Part shown: one piece after another, positions 27,272 to 35,699 of the stretch
Layout of the letters: each line of letters begins with the position of its first letter
How positions within the stretch are numbered: the stretch's first letter is position 1
Assembly: GCA_016932335.1 (NCBI GenBank)
Contig: JAFGCZ010000001.1
Location: forward strand, 49,714 to 113,713
Reading direction: 5' to 3'
Length of the DNA: 64,000 bases
Source of the DNA: Opitutales bacterium
GTDB taxonomy: Bacteria; Verrucomicrobiota; Verrucomicrobiia; Opitutales; Oceanipulchritudinaceae
Translations under genes and position numbers: made by a program
Notes under the pieces: generated by a model
Told to the model about the DNA's origin: nothing
Database searches by the model: none
Seen by the model: the letters and a program-made list of their open reading frames with translations, nothing else

Positions 27272-30200
27272 GGCATCCTTCTCGGTTACAACTTTAGGGA
27301 AGCTGATTCGGAATGTGGCGCCTTCACCGGGGTTACTGATGCAGCCGACACGACCGTTCATGGATTCTGTCAGTCGTTTGACAATGGCCAACCCCAGCCC
27401 GGTGGAACTCTCGCCTCCAGTCGGCTGTGCGGAAAGTCGGGAGAATTTCTCGAAGAGCAAATGGCGTTCTTCGGTTTTTATACCGGGGCCTTCGTCTTTA
27501 ACATCACAGACCACTCGATTGCGGCGTTCGTAAACCTGGACGTAGATGTTGCTCTTGTAGGGGGAGTATTTTACTGCATTGCCGATCAGATTATCAATAA
27601 TCTGCTTAATTAGGTTTGAGTCTCCCATGCAGGTCAGACTCTCTTCACTTTTGGAGAGATGCAGTTTGATTTCTTTGCGGGCGGCTCGTTCAAAGTTTTG
27701 CTGGCTCACTTCTTTGGCCAACTCATAGAGATTGCAGGGGGTTTTCTGTACCGACATGCGACCTTCATCCATACGGTTCAAATCCAGAAGGTTGCGGATA
27801 ATCTCATACATAACTGCCGCGCAGTCATTGATTTCATGTGCATGCTTGGAGATTTCATCGGTGCTGAGTGTGTCTATATCCTTATAAATTATTTGCGCTA
27901 GATTTACTACGGCAGAAAGTGGATTTTTTAAGTCGTGCGAGGCAATGCCTAGGATTTCATCTTTCTCCAAATTGGCCTGTTGTAGTTGTGTATTTATACG
28001 GTTCAACTGCTCAATAGTATGGGCCAGCTGATCGTTTCTATCGCTCAGTTCTGAGGTTTTCAGTTCGATAATCTCCTGCAAATCATCGCTCCTTCGAGCA
28101 ATGATAGCCATTCTCTGCTGGATGATGATGCCGATCATCAATAGAAAAAGAAGGATATAAAGTGCGTATGCGGTGTACGACCGAAACCATGGAGGGGCTA
28201 TCGTAACAGTGTAGCGCAAAATCTGAGATTCTTTCTCTGTCAGATTTTTGGCCATGACTTCAAACGTATAGGTCCCTTTGCTCAAATTGCTATAACGCTT
28301 ACTGGTACTGTTGCTCCAGGAGGACCATTTGTTGCTTTGCCCGATCAGGCGAGTTCGATATTCATTGCGATCAGCTCGAATCAGATTGTTCAATCGGTAA
28401 TGAAACCTCAGGTTTCTATTGGAGTAGGGGAGTTTTATGGCCGAATCGCTTACCGGAGGAAGCAAAATCTCATCATGATCATCGGCATAGGCTTCTCCTG
28501 ATACTATTTCCAGATCTAGTGGGAATGGAATGTTTGTTTGTTTCAGGTCATAGCTGAGGATGCCTGTATGGGTTCCAAAAATTATCAAATCATCATCATT
28601 TCTGTAGACGGATGTAAACTCGATCGGGAGAGCTGTTTCCATTCCTGCATTGAACCAGACGATGTTCCCGCCCGTCGCTTTTTGGATACATCCAACATGC
28701 TGCTGCGTTTGGATCCACCAATTACCTCTGTTATCGGGTTCTACTCGGTCAATTTTCTCAACCGAAAATGGGAACAGCTCTTCCATCGCTTTTTCCCTTT
28801 GGAGCTGCTCGTTTATCCACGTAAACAACCCGCTCTTACTTATAAAGAAAAGCTTGTTGTCGATCAGGATTGGGTAAACCCAACAATCGAAAAAACTGAC
28901 AGTTTCATGAATTTTTATCTGTGTTGACCCATCGGCAAAATGTCCGACAAAAATGCCCTTGTTGAAAGATGGTCCGAGCCAAATCGAGTCCTCGCCAGTT
29001 TCGACAATATAACGGTATCGACTGGGGGGGAGCTCCGAATAGAGTGACTGACACCACTGTTCGTCTATGTGGTCAAAGGCCATAATTCGGTCTTCGGAAA
29101 TTGCGTAAAAGCGGTTGGGATGGAGTCTGGAGGCTTGCAGGCGTTCTGTCTGTGTGTCTGTTTCGATTACGATTTCATTGCTTCCATTTCTCGCAATTAA
29201 CTGTGTGTCCTTTGCGGCAATCAACCAGTCTCCAACTTGGGCCAAACACCCGTTTTCGGAGCCTAATGCTTCTTCTTTATGGAAGGGGTCCGTTGGCTTT
29301 TTTGAGAAGATGCCCTGGTTGGTCCCCGCATAGAGTGTGTCCTCATAAAAAAGCACAGAGTTAACTTTTCCAGAAAGCCCTTCCAGCTCATTCATCTGAG
29401 TCAGAGAACTGTTCAATTGTAGGCGGTAAATACTTTCTTCTGTGGAAATCCAAAGGCCATCCTGTCGGTCCGTCATCAAATTGGTTATGTTTTCAGTTGG
29501 TTCGGAAAATCTGAAGTGCTTAATAGGGTTCCCAAAGAAGTCATAAACGAGAAATGAGTTGGGCTTCAGTAGCAGTGCTATTTTATCTCCCACAATACAG
29601 GCATTCTTGATTTTCGTTTCAGAAGCCAAAGGGAGCCTTTCAGGGATGATCTCTGTCAACTTCGCTCCATCAAAAAAAACAAAATGTCCTTTGGAAGTGA
29701 TCATTAGACCTTGTCCGTCACTCAGACTAAAACATTTTAGCATTTTCTGCAGGACTGTTTTCTTACTTTTGTTGATCTCAATAAACGTTGAATTTTTTGG
29801 ATCAAATTGAATGAGCCCGTTTATTGAATCCACGGCATAAAAGCAGCCCTGAGCAAAGAATCCCCCCTCTATTTCCCCATGAGTTCCGTATACTTTTTTT
29901 CCGCTACCGTTTGCATAGTAGTAAAGCTCTCTTTTGCTTTGTAAAAAAAAATAATCGTCTTTTCCCGGCTGTAGGTGAATGCTTACAGGTGTTTCCGGAA
30001 GGGCATCTTGAAAGAATGCTCCTAGGTGTTTGATTGCTCCGTTTTTCTCGATTTTTAATATATCGCCAGCTATGGCAGCATAAAGATCGCCGTTGGGGGC
30101 CTCCTGGATGGCATAAAGAGTAGCTTCGCTCCCCGTATCAGTGAATTCTGCAGATGTTCCGTCAAATGCTCCCAGTGCGGATCCGCTGATATATCGAATG

Positions 30201-30400
30201 CAGCCTTCTTTGTTCTGGAGCCATGCCTGGTCGCTCCAGTAAGGCATGGTGGTTTTCAGCTCATATTTCTGCCACAGAGGATGCCCCCTGTGTTGTGGTT
30301 CCTTGTTTTCTCCGTTGGCTGTTGCAGAAAAGAGAATTAACAGAAGATAAATCATCAGCCGAATTGGCGCGCAGATTCGTATCATGTGGGCTAGTATCAT
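27260..30400 (-). CDS. Sensor histidine kinase with a large periplasmic beta-propeller-repeat + Y_Y_Y-like domain (HTCS-like sensor, no receiver or DNA-binding domain)
   Basis: A ~750-aa periplasmic region is followed by a Y_Y_Y-like block (LRFHYRLNNL...YRTRL...WSSWSN...GTYTFEVMAKN). The TM segment is YALYILLFLLMIGIII, followed by a coiled coil. The H-box is SHDLKNPLSAV, and HATPase motifs are NAVKYS, DEGPGI and GLGLAI. The start is uncertain among 30469, 30400 and 30385; I chose M24 so that a signal-like N-terminus is kept. Confidence 0.8.
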   Translation of the reverse strand: MILAHMIRICAPIRLMIYLLLILFSATANGENKEPQHRGHPLWQKYELKTTMPYWSDQAWLQNKEGCIRYISGSALGAFDGTSAEFTDTGSEATLYAIQEAPNGDLYAAIAGDILKIEKNGAIKHLGAFFQDALPETPVSIHLQPGKDDYFFLQSKRELYYYANGSGKKVYGTHGEIEGGFFAQGCFYAVDSINGLIQFDPKNSTFIEINKSKKTVLQKMLKCFSLSDGQGLMITSKGHFVFFDGAKLTEIIPERLPLASETKIKNACIVGDKIALLLKPNSFLVYDFFGNPIKHFRFSEPTENITNLMTDRQDGLWISTEESIYRLQLNSSLTQMNELEGLSGKVNSVLFYEDTLYAGTNQGIFSKKPTDPFHKEEALGSENGCLAQVGDWLIAAKDTQLIARNGSNEIVIETDTQTERLQASRLHPNRFYAISEDRIMAFDHIDEQWCQSLYSELPPSRYRYIVETGEDSIWLGPSFNKGIFVGHFADGSTQIKIHETVSFFDCWVYPILIDNKLFFISKSGLFTWINEQLQREKAMEELFPFSVEKIDRVEPDNRGNWWIQTQQHVGCIQKATGGNIVWFNAGMETALPIEFTSVYRNDDDLIIFGTHTGILSYDLKQTNIPFPLDLEIVSGEAYADDHDEILLPPVSDSAIKLPYSNRNLRFHYRLNNLIRADRNEYRTRLIGQSNKWSSWSNSTSKRYSNLSKGTYTFEVMAKNLTEKESQILRYTVTIAPPWFRSYTAYALYILLFLLMIGIIIQQRMAIIARRSDDLQEIIELKTSELSDRNDQLAHTIEQLNRINTQLQQANLEKDEILGIASHDLKNPLSAVVNLAQIIYKDIDTLSTDEISKHAHEINDCAAVMYEIIRNLLDLNRMDEGRMSVQKTPCNLYELAKEVSQQNFERAARKEIKLHLSKSEESLTCMGDSNLIKQIIDNLIGNAVKYSPYKSNIYVQVYERRNRVVCDVKDEGPGIKTEERHLLFEKFSRLSAQPTGGESSTGLGLAIVKRLTESMNGRVGCISNPGEGATFRISFPKVVTEKDASTT

Positions 30401-30522
30401 TCGGGGTATTGGCAGAAGAAGTCGAATTGTTTCTAACAGGTTGCCTCTTCGATGGAAAGCCAAAATCATTCCCTTCGGGAACGTCCTTGCTTTTTAAAAC
30501 GCTTTCTTCATGGTCGTGCCTT

Positions 30523-31065
30523 ATGTCTAATTTACTTTGGGTAGATCTGGAAATGACGGGGTTGAATGTCGCCTGTGAGCGCATCTTGGAAGCTGCGGTG
30601 ATCGTCACCGATTCCGAATTTAATCCGCTGGAAACATTCTCGTCGGCAGTGTGGCAACCTCAAAGCCTTTTGGATCAGATGGACGAATGGAATAAAACAC
30701 ATCATGCCGCCTCCGGCTTGCTCGATCGGGTTCCTTTGGGTATCACTGAGCCCGAGTTGGATGCTGCCATTGCAGCGATTATACAACGCAACTTTCCCGA
30801 GGAGCGTCCTGTGCTTTGTGGAAATTCCATTCATCAGGACCGAAAGTTTATAGATGCCTATCTCACGGAGACGGCATCCGCTCTGCATTACCGCATGCTC
30901 GATGTAAGCAGTTTCAAGATTGTCTTTCAGCAGCTGCATGGGGTTGTATATCCCAAGTCGCAAAAGCACGAAGCGCTGGAGGATATACTCGAGTCCATTG
31001 CAGAACTGCGTTTTTATATGCAGGCCGTTGATTTTAGCCGTTTTCCTGAATCACCAGTAGAGTAA
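30523..31065 (+). CDS. orn: Oligoribonuclease
   Basis: The protein begins MSNLLWVDLEMTGL, which is DEDD motif I. Other motifs are GNSIHQDRKFI, HYRMLDVSS and HEALEDI. At 180 aa it is typical Orn size. The ORF-track N-terminal extension (30223-30522) runs antisense into the neighbouring kinase gene and is rejected. Confidence 0.9.
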   Translation: MSNLLWVDLEMTGLNVACERILEAAVIVTDSEFNPLETFSSAVWQPQSLLDQMDEWNKTHHAASGLLDRVPLGITEPELDAAIAAIIQRNFPEERPVLCGNSIHQDRKFIDAYLTETASALHYRMLDVSSFKIVFQQLHGVVYPKSQKHEALEDILESIAELRFYMQAVDFSRFPESPVE

Positions 31066-31791
31066 CCGTTTTGGTTTTGCGGGGAGCTTGCCACACCAGT
31101 AAGCCATCAGTAGACCACCGAAGAGCATTCCTCCAAGGTGGGCAAAATGGGCGATGCCGCTGCCGGGGTGAGTCAATCCAGAGAAAATCTCCAGACAGCC
31201 GTAGCCGATTACAAAGTAGCGGGCTTCTATTCCCATTGGGATGAAGAATAAATAGATATGTGCGCGTGGGAAGATGACGCCAAATGCCAGTAGCAGCCCG
31301 AATAAGCCTCCGGATGCACCGACCGTTGGGTAGGGCATGCCTCCGCTTTTTACGGACCAGCTGCTTACCAGTAGCTGTACGATCCCGGCTCCTATGATAC
31401 AAACAAGGAAATAAATTACGAAACGTTGCGTTCCCAGAAACTCTTCCAGCACTTTGCCGAACATCCAGAGGCCGAACAGGTTGAAGAAAATATGGGAAAA
31501 ATTTGCGTGGAGGAATCCATAAGTCAGCAACTGCCAGGGCATAAAGTGGGATACTCCGAACATCGCCTCGTAGGGGAGCTGCAGTGTTTGATCCCAAATG
31601 GGCCAAAGCGCCAGTAAGCGCCTCATCTCTTCGGAAAAAAGCCCTGTTGACTGCCCGATAAAGAGGGCAATGTTAGCGATCAGGAAGAAGCGCACTCCCG
31701 GTGGGACTGCCTGTGCATAAGTGGGTCGCATCTCTCTGTAGGCTGCCATAGGTGCGTCAATAAATACGTTTCCGTTTGTTTTTGCAACCAC
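31051..31791 (-). CDS. Rhomboid-family intramembrane serine protease
   Basis: Rhomboid motifs are FLHANFSHIFFNLFGLWMFG, the catalytic-Ser motif GASGGLFGLL and the catalytic-His region AHFAHLGGMLFG. Multiple TM segments are present. The start is GTG 31791 or ATG 31749. Confidence 0.85.
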   Translation of the reverse strand: MVAKTNGNVFIDAPMAAYREMRPTYAQAVPPGVRFFLIANIALFIGQSTGLFSEEMRRLLALWPIWDQTLQLPYEAMFGVSHFMPWQLLTYGFLHANFSHIFFNLFGLWMFGKVLEEFLGTQRFVIYFLVCIIGAGIVQLLVSSWSVKSGGMPYPTVGASGGLFGLLLAFGVIFPRAHIYLFFIPMGIEARYFVIGYGCLEIFSGLTHPGSGIAHFAHLGGMLFGGLLMAYWCGKLPAKPKRLLYW

Positions 31792-31845
31792 AAGCGGAAA
31801 GAAGGATTGGCATTTGTCGCAGGGACTTTACTATTCAGCTACTTT

Positions 31846-32769
31846 ATGAGTGATTCCGCACGGTATGCTTTGGAAGAGCAAATTCATGCCTTTTTGGCCT
31901 ATTGCCAACTGGAAAAAGGGCTGTCTCAGGCTACGGTTGTCAGCTATGAGCAGGATCTGCTGCAGTTGGCGCGCTACCTCTCCGGTGAATTGCATTTGTC
32001 AGACTGGTCGGCAATGTCGCGGGAACATTTAAGCCTTTGGGTGGCTGAGGTCAGTGCAGAGGATTATGCGCTGAGATCTATCGCGCACAAGATAACCGCC
32101 ATGCGGGTGTTTATGCGCTACCTGCTCTCCGAGAAATTGATTTCCAAAGATCCTACCGAGCTCCTTGAGTCTCCCAAATTGACGAAGAAGCTTCCGATAA
32201 CCTTGAATCAGAAAGAGGTCGCCCGCCTGCTTAATACTCCCTCGCGGGAGACGGAAGCGGGGCTTCGTGACCGGGCCATTCTGGAGCTCTTTTACAGCTC
32301 CGGTTTGCGTGTTTCCGAGTTGTGCAATTTGCAGATAGAGTGTCTGGATCTTGATAATGGATTTGTGCGGGTAACCGGAGGTAAGGGGGCCAAAGAGCGC
32401 ATCGTACCTCTGGGATCTAAGGCGATTGAAGCCATCAACAGCTATTTAGTCAGAGCGCGGCCGACATTTGTGCGTCCACACACGGGCGGGCATCTATTCC
32501 TTAGTGTTAGGGGGAGGCCGCTTGCCCGGCAGACCGTCTGGCAGTGGATAAAGGATTACGCAAAATCTGCCGGAATTACCAAGTCTGCCAAACCGCACGC
32601 CTTACGCCACAGTTTTGCTACGCACCTGTTGGCAAATGGTGCTGATTTGAGGGCCATTCAAGAGATGCTGGGGCATGCCGACATTACCACTACGGAAATC
32701 TACACTACGGTCGAAGAGGAACGCAAAGTGGCAGATCACGCCCGCTTTCATCCGCGCGGGCATCTCTAA
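31846..32769 (+). CDS. Tyrosine recombinase XerC/XerD
   Basis: The N-terminal SAM-like domain is [23 protein letters not shown]. Catalytic motifs are [19 protein letters not shown] and [13 protein letters not shown]. The ATG at 31846 is preferred over the TTG at 31807. Confidence 0.85.
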   Translation: MSDSARYALEEQIHAFLAYCQLEKGLSQATVVSYEQDLLQLARYLSGELHLSDWSAMSREHLSLWVAEVSAEDYALRSIAHKITAMRVFMRYLLSEKLISKDPTELLESPKLTKKLPITLNQKEVARLLNTPSRETEAGLRDRAILELFYSSGLRVSELCNLQIECLDLDNGFVRVTGGKGAKERIVPLGSKAIEAINSYLVRARPTFVRPHTGGHLFLSVRGRPLARQTVWQWIKDYAKSAGITKSAKPHALRHSFATHLLANGADLRAIQEMLGHADITTTEIYTTVEEERKVADHARFHPRGHL

Positions 32770-33530
32770 TCCTGTTTCTCCCAGCCAACCAGAAATTCTG
32801 TATTCCCGTCCGTTCCTTTGATGGGGCTTTCTATGCGGCCGATTTCTTTAGAGCCGCTCAATTCTTCGGATGCAAAGGCAATGATCTCCTGTAATACACG
32901 CTGGTGTACTTCCGGATCGCGAATAACCCCGTGCCCTTTATCGACCTCTTCCTTTCCGGCTTCAAATTGTGGTTTGACCAAAGAAATCATTCTGCCTCCG
33001 GGCCTTAACAGTGGCCATACGGCCGGAAGTACCCGTTTAAGGGAAATGAAGGACAGATCCATTACAATGATGTCGTAATCCGGGCGAGGGAGTTGCTCTG
33101 CAGTCAGGTAACGGGCATTGATTTTCTCCAGATTGGTCACTCTGGGGTCCTGCAGTAATTTATTGTGCAGTTGGGCGCGGCCGACATCCACGCAAACCAC
33201 ATCGCTTGCTCCGTGCTGCAGCATGCAGTCCGTAAAACCACCTGTGGATGCGCCTACATCCAGCCCGTGCTTATCGGTCAGATCCATGGGATACCTGCTG
33301 AGGAATCCCAGCAGCTTTTCTCCGCCGCGGCTGACGAAGCGTGGGGGCTGCAGCAGTTCCAGTTCTATGTCTTCGGGGTAGGTTTTACCCGGTTTATCCA
33401 GTACCTGAGTCCCGCTGCGAACTTTCCCCGAGAGGATGAAGGCCTTGGCCTGGGCTCGGCTTTCTGCTAGCCCGCGATCGGTCAACAGTTCATCCAATCT
33501 CTGCTTCTTTGCTTTCTTTGCGTCGCTCAT
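32766..33530 (-). CDS. tlyA: TlyA-family rRNA (cytidine-2'-O)-methyltransferase
   Basis: The S4-like N-terminus is [27 protein letters not shown]. Other motifs are FVSRGGEKL and the SAM motif [13 protein letters not shown]. The start was chosen at MSDAKKAKK (33530). Confidence 0.85.
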   Translation of the reverse strand: MSDAKKAKKQRLDELLTDRGLAESRAQAKAFILSGKVRSGTQVLDKPGKTYPEDIELELLQPPRFVSRGGEKLLGFLSRYPMDLTDKHGLDVGASTGGFTDCMLQHGASDVVCVDVGRAQLHNKLLQDPRVTNLEKINARYLTAEQLPRPDYDIIVMDLSFISLKRVLPAVWPLLRPGGRMISLVKPQFEAGKEEVDKGHGVIRDPEVHQRVLQEIIAFASEELSGSKEIGRIESPIKGTDGNTEFLVGWEKQD

Positions 33531-33731
33531 GGGGGCCACCTTAGGTCTCGGTGGTCTTGGAGGCGATTCAAAAAAAATACCGTACAATCAGTGGATACGG
33601 GAAATTACTCCCATTTGTGGCGATTTGTTTCCGGAGAATGTGAATAAGTTCTGTTTTGTCACGTAAGTTTCCAAATAAGAGGAACTAACGATCTAAAAAA
33701 ATCGTTTTTTAAAAACAAATTACTTGCCATG

Positions 33732-33766
33732 TGGGGGCAAATGTCATGAAATGGGGAGAAATGGGG
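33732..33766 (+). promoter_or_regulatory. Candidate MraZ operator: three direct TGGGG repeats in 10-bp register upstream of mraZ
   Basis: TGGGG occurs at 33732-33736, 33752-33756 and 33762-33766, giving spacings of 20 and 10 bp. The last repeat ends 19 bp before the mraZ ATG. A TTGCCA (33724-33729)-N17-TGAAAT promoter-like pattern overlaps the repeats. Confidence 0.5.
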
Positions 33767-33784
33767 CAATGGCCATAAGTCTTC

Positions 33785-34234
33785 ATGAATCTCCTGCAAA
33801 CATCACAGCACTACGTTGATAGCTTCCACCATAAGTTGGATGGGCGCTTCCGTGTGGCTATTCCAGCCCAATGGAGGGTTTCCGGAGATGAGGAGAACTA
33901 CTACTGGGCATGGCCTCATCCGGAAGGTTGCATTGCTGTTTTTCCTCCCGAAATGCAGCAGGAGTTTCTCGAAAAGGCCCGTGCGATTAAGCAAAGCGAT
34001 ATTCGCGGGCAACGTATGCTTCGTCAGTTCTTCGGTAATGCCAGTAAGTTTGGCTGTGATAAACAGGGGCGTATTCTGCTTCCCGAAAACCTTCGTAGCC
34101 ATTCTGCGATTCTTAAGGATGTTGTTTTTGTCGGGCTTGGTCGGAACTTTCAGATTTGGTCGGAGGAACGTTGGACTCCGCCGGAGTCGGAAGATTTCGA
34201 TTTACTCGAAACAATGGCTGAATTGGACTTTTAA
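33785..34234 (+). CDS. mraZ: Transcriptional regulator MraZ
   Basis: The 149-aa protein has duplicated SpoVT/AbrB-like halves (LDGRFRVAIPAQWR and DKQGRILLPENLR). It is the first gene of the dcw cluster. Confidence 0.9.
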   Translation: MNLLQTSQHYVDSFHHKLDGRFRVAIPAQWRVSGDEENYYWAWPHPEGCIAVFPPEMQQEFLEKARAIKQSDIRGQRMLRQFFGNASKFGCDKQGRILLPENLRSHSAILKDVVFVGLGRNFQIWSEERWTPPESEDFDLLETMAELDF

Positions 34235-34339
34235 CCCCGCGTGCTCATGAGCTTGATTACCAATACAGTAGAGCAAGTCATGCAGGAATCTCTCCTGAGA
34301 TTCTTCCCGTGCGCATACCTTCGGAGGCAGTTCTGATCG

Positions 34340-35272
34340 ATGGAAGGCCATATATCAGTTCTTCTGCGTGAGGTTATGGATGCGTTTCGGGTGCTTCCCG
34401 CGGAATCCCCGGCACTTATTCTGGACGCGACCTTCGGAGGGGGAGGGCATACCGAATCCCTGCTTCAGTTGCGCGACAATCTTCAGGTGGTTGCTCTGGA
34501 CTGCGATGCCGATGCCGCAGCGCGTGCTGCAGTGTTGCAGCAACGCTATCCCCAGCGTCTCCATTTTCACGGAATCAATTTTGCGGAAATCGACAGCCTG
34601 GGTTACGAAGGTCTTTCCGGTGCTTTGTTCGATTTGGGGCTTTCTTCCTTCCAGTTTGATACAGCAGAACGCGGTTTCTCTTTCCGTATGTCGGCACCGA
34701 ACGATATGCGCTTGAACCGTCGCGAAGGTCTGACTGCGGCTGAATTTCTGGAAACGGCATCCCGCGATGAGTTGGTTGAGGCCGTTCGCAATTATGGGGA
34801 AGAACCCCGCTGGCGTGCGGTCGTCGATGCCATCATCGACGCCCGTGGCACAGGTGCTCTTTTAGATACGACATCGTTTGCGGATCTCGTCGCCAGAACG
34901 GCGGCGAGTCCCCGCAAGTGGCAGGGGCCGAAAATTCACCCGGCTACAAGAACTTTTCAGGGGATTCGCATCGCCGTTAACCGGGAATTGGAAGTCATCG
35001 AAAAGGGCCTTCCCGCTGCCTTCGAAAAGCTCGCCCCCGGAGGTATCCTTGCCGTTATCAGCTTTCACTCTCTCGAAGATCGCATTGTTAAACGCTTTTT
35101 CCGCCGCATGGCCGGTCGCCCGGAACATGGCCGCGATCATCGCTCGCAAATGGAACGCACGGTCCGTGCCAAACTGCTCTCTGGAAAGCCCATAACTCCT
35201 GCAGAGGACGAGCTTTCCATGAATCCGCGTTCCCGATCCGCAAAACTGAGAATTCTTCAAAAACTGATTTAG
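34340..35272 (+). CDS. rsmH: 16S rRNA (cytosine1402-N4)-methyltransferase RsmH
   Basis: Motifs are HISVLLREV, DATFGGGGHT, DLGLSSFQ, GFSF and ISFHSLEDRIVK. Confidence 0.95.
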   Translation: MEGHISVLLREVMDAFRVLPAESPALILDATFGGGGHTESLLQLRDNLQVVALDCDADAAARAAVLQQRYPQRLHFHGINFAEIDSLGYEGLSGALFDLGLSSFQFDTAERGFSFRMSAPNDMRLNRREGLTAAEFLETASRDELVEAVRNYGEEPRWRAVVDAIIDARGTGALLDTTSFADLVARTAASPRKWQGPKIHPATRTFQGIRIAVNRELEVIEKGLPAAFEKLAPGGILAVISFHSLEDRIVKRFFRRMAGRPEHGRDHRSQMERTVRAKLLSGKPITPAEDELSMNPRSRSAKLRILQKLI

Positions 35273-35274
35273 AC

Positions 35275-35694
35275 ATGAGCCCGCTCAACAAAACCCACAC
35301 ACATTACCTCCATCAGATCGTTGGACTGCTCGCCATCATCATCGTGGTTGCCGCCGGTGGCGGGTTGACTCAAGTCTGGTTGCGCCAATGCATCAGCGCC
35401 AGTGCTGAACGCATCCGCCAATACGAAGGAGACCTCGCAGAATACGAACGCCGTATTCAGTACTACGATACTCAGATCGCCAAAATTCATAATCCAGAAA
35501 CCCTCAAAACGTATGCGGCCAATCTTGGATTGGGCCTGCGTGCTCCGGAAACCCGCCAGATGGTGGTGCTCCGCGATCCCGGTACGAACCGTTTTTCCAT
35601 GCAGGAGCCGGACACCGCAATCGCTGAGGTTAAGGATCCTTTTAAGGTCACTTTTGACCTGGCCCTCATCGATGCTTCCCAGCCTCAACAGTAA
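35275..35694 (+). CDS. FtsL-like bitopic cell-division protein
   Basis: The call rests on position (between rsmH and ftsI). The protein has one TM segment (IVGLLAIIIVVAAGGGL) followed by a coiled-coil-like segment (RIRQYEGDLAEYERRIQYYDTQIAKI). No strong sequence motif was recognised. Confidence 0.55.
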   Translation: MSPLNKTHTHYLHQIVGLLAIIIVVAAGGGLTQVWLRQCISASAERIRQYEGDLAEYERRIQYYDTQIAKIHNPETLKTYAANLGLGLRAPETRQMVVLRDPGTNRFSMQEPDTAIAEVKDPFKVTFDLALIDASQPQQ

Positions 35695-35699
35695 ACTCG

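Noticed and set aside
30223-30522. A 100-codon N-terminal extension of the oligoribonuclease ORF
   Set aside because: Orn proteins are about 180 aa and begin just before the DEDD motif I (here MSNLLWVDLEMTGL at 30523). The extension overlaps the 5' end of the divergent kinase gene and has no Orn-like sequence.
31034-31606. A 190-aa alternative-frame minus-strand ORF within the rhomboid gene
   Set aside because: The other frame carries the rhomboid GxSG and His motifs and the TM segments. This frame is Arg/Pro-rich and featureless.
31846-32769. The tyrosine recombinase as the integrase of a mobile element
   Set aside because: The sequence has the XerC/D-type N-terminal domain and is flanked by housekeeping genes (rhomboid, tlyA, dcw). 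No attachment repeats, phage or transposon genes are nearby, and it is not adjacent to the tRNA.
33688-33712. A hairpin AACGAT-N8-ATCGTT followed by TTTT between tlyA and mraZ, as a possible terminator
   Set aside because: It lies in a divergent promoter region with no upstream plus-strand gene to terminate. The stem is only 6 bp and AT-rich.
35269-35688. A 139-aa minus-strand ORF that almost exactly mirrors the FtsL-like ORF (also 139 aa)
   Set aside because: The plus-strand product has a TM segment plus a coiled coil and fits the rsmH-ftsL-ftsI position and strand. The minus-strand product has neither feature and would be transcribed against the operon.
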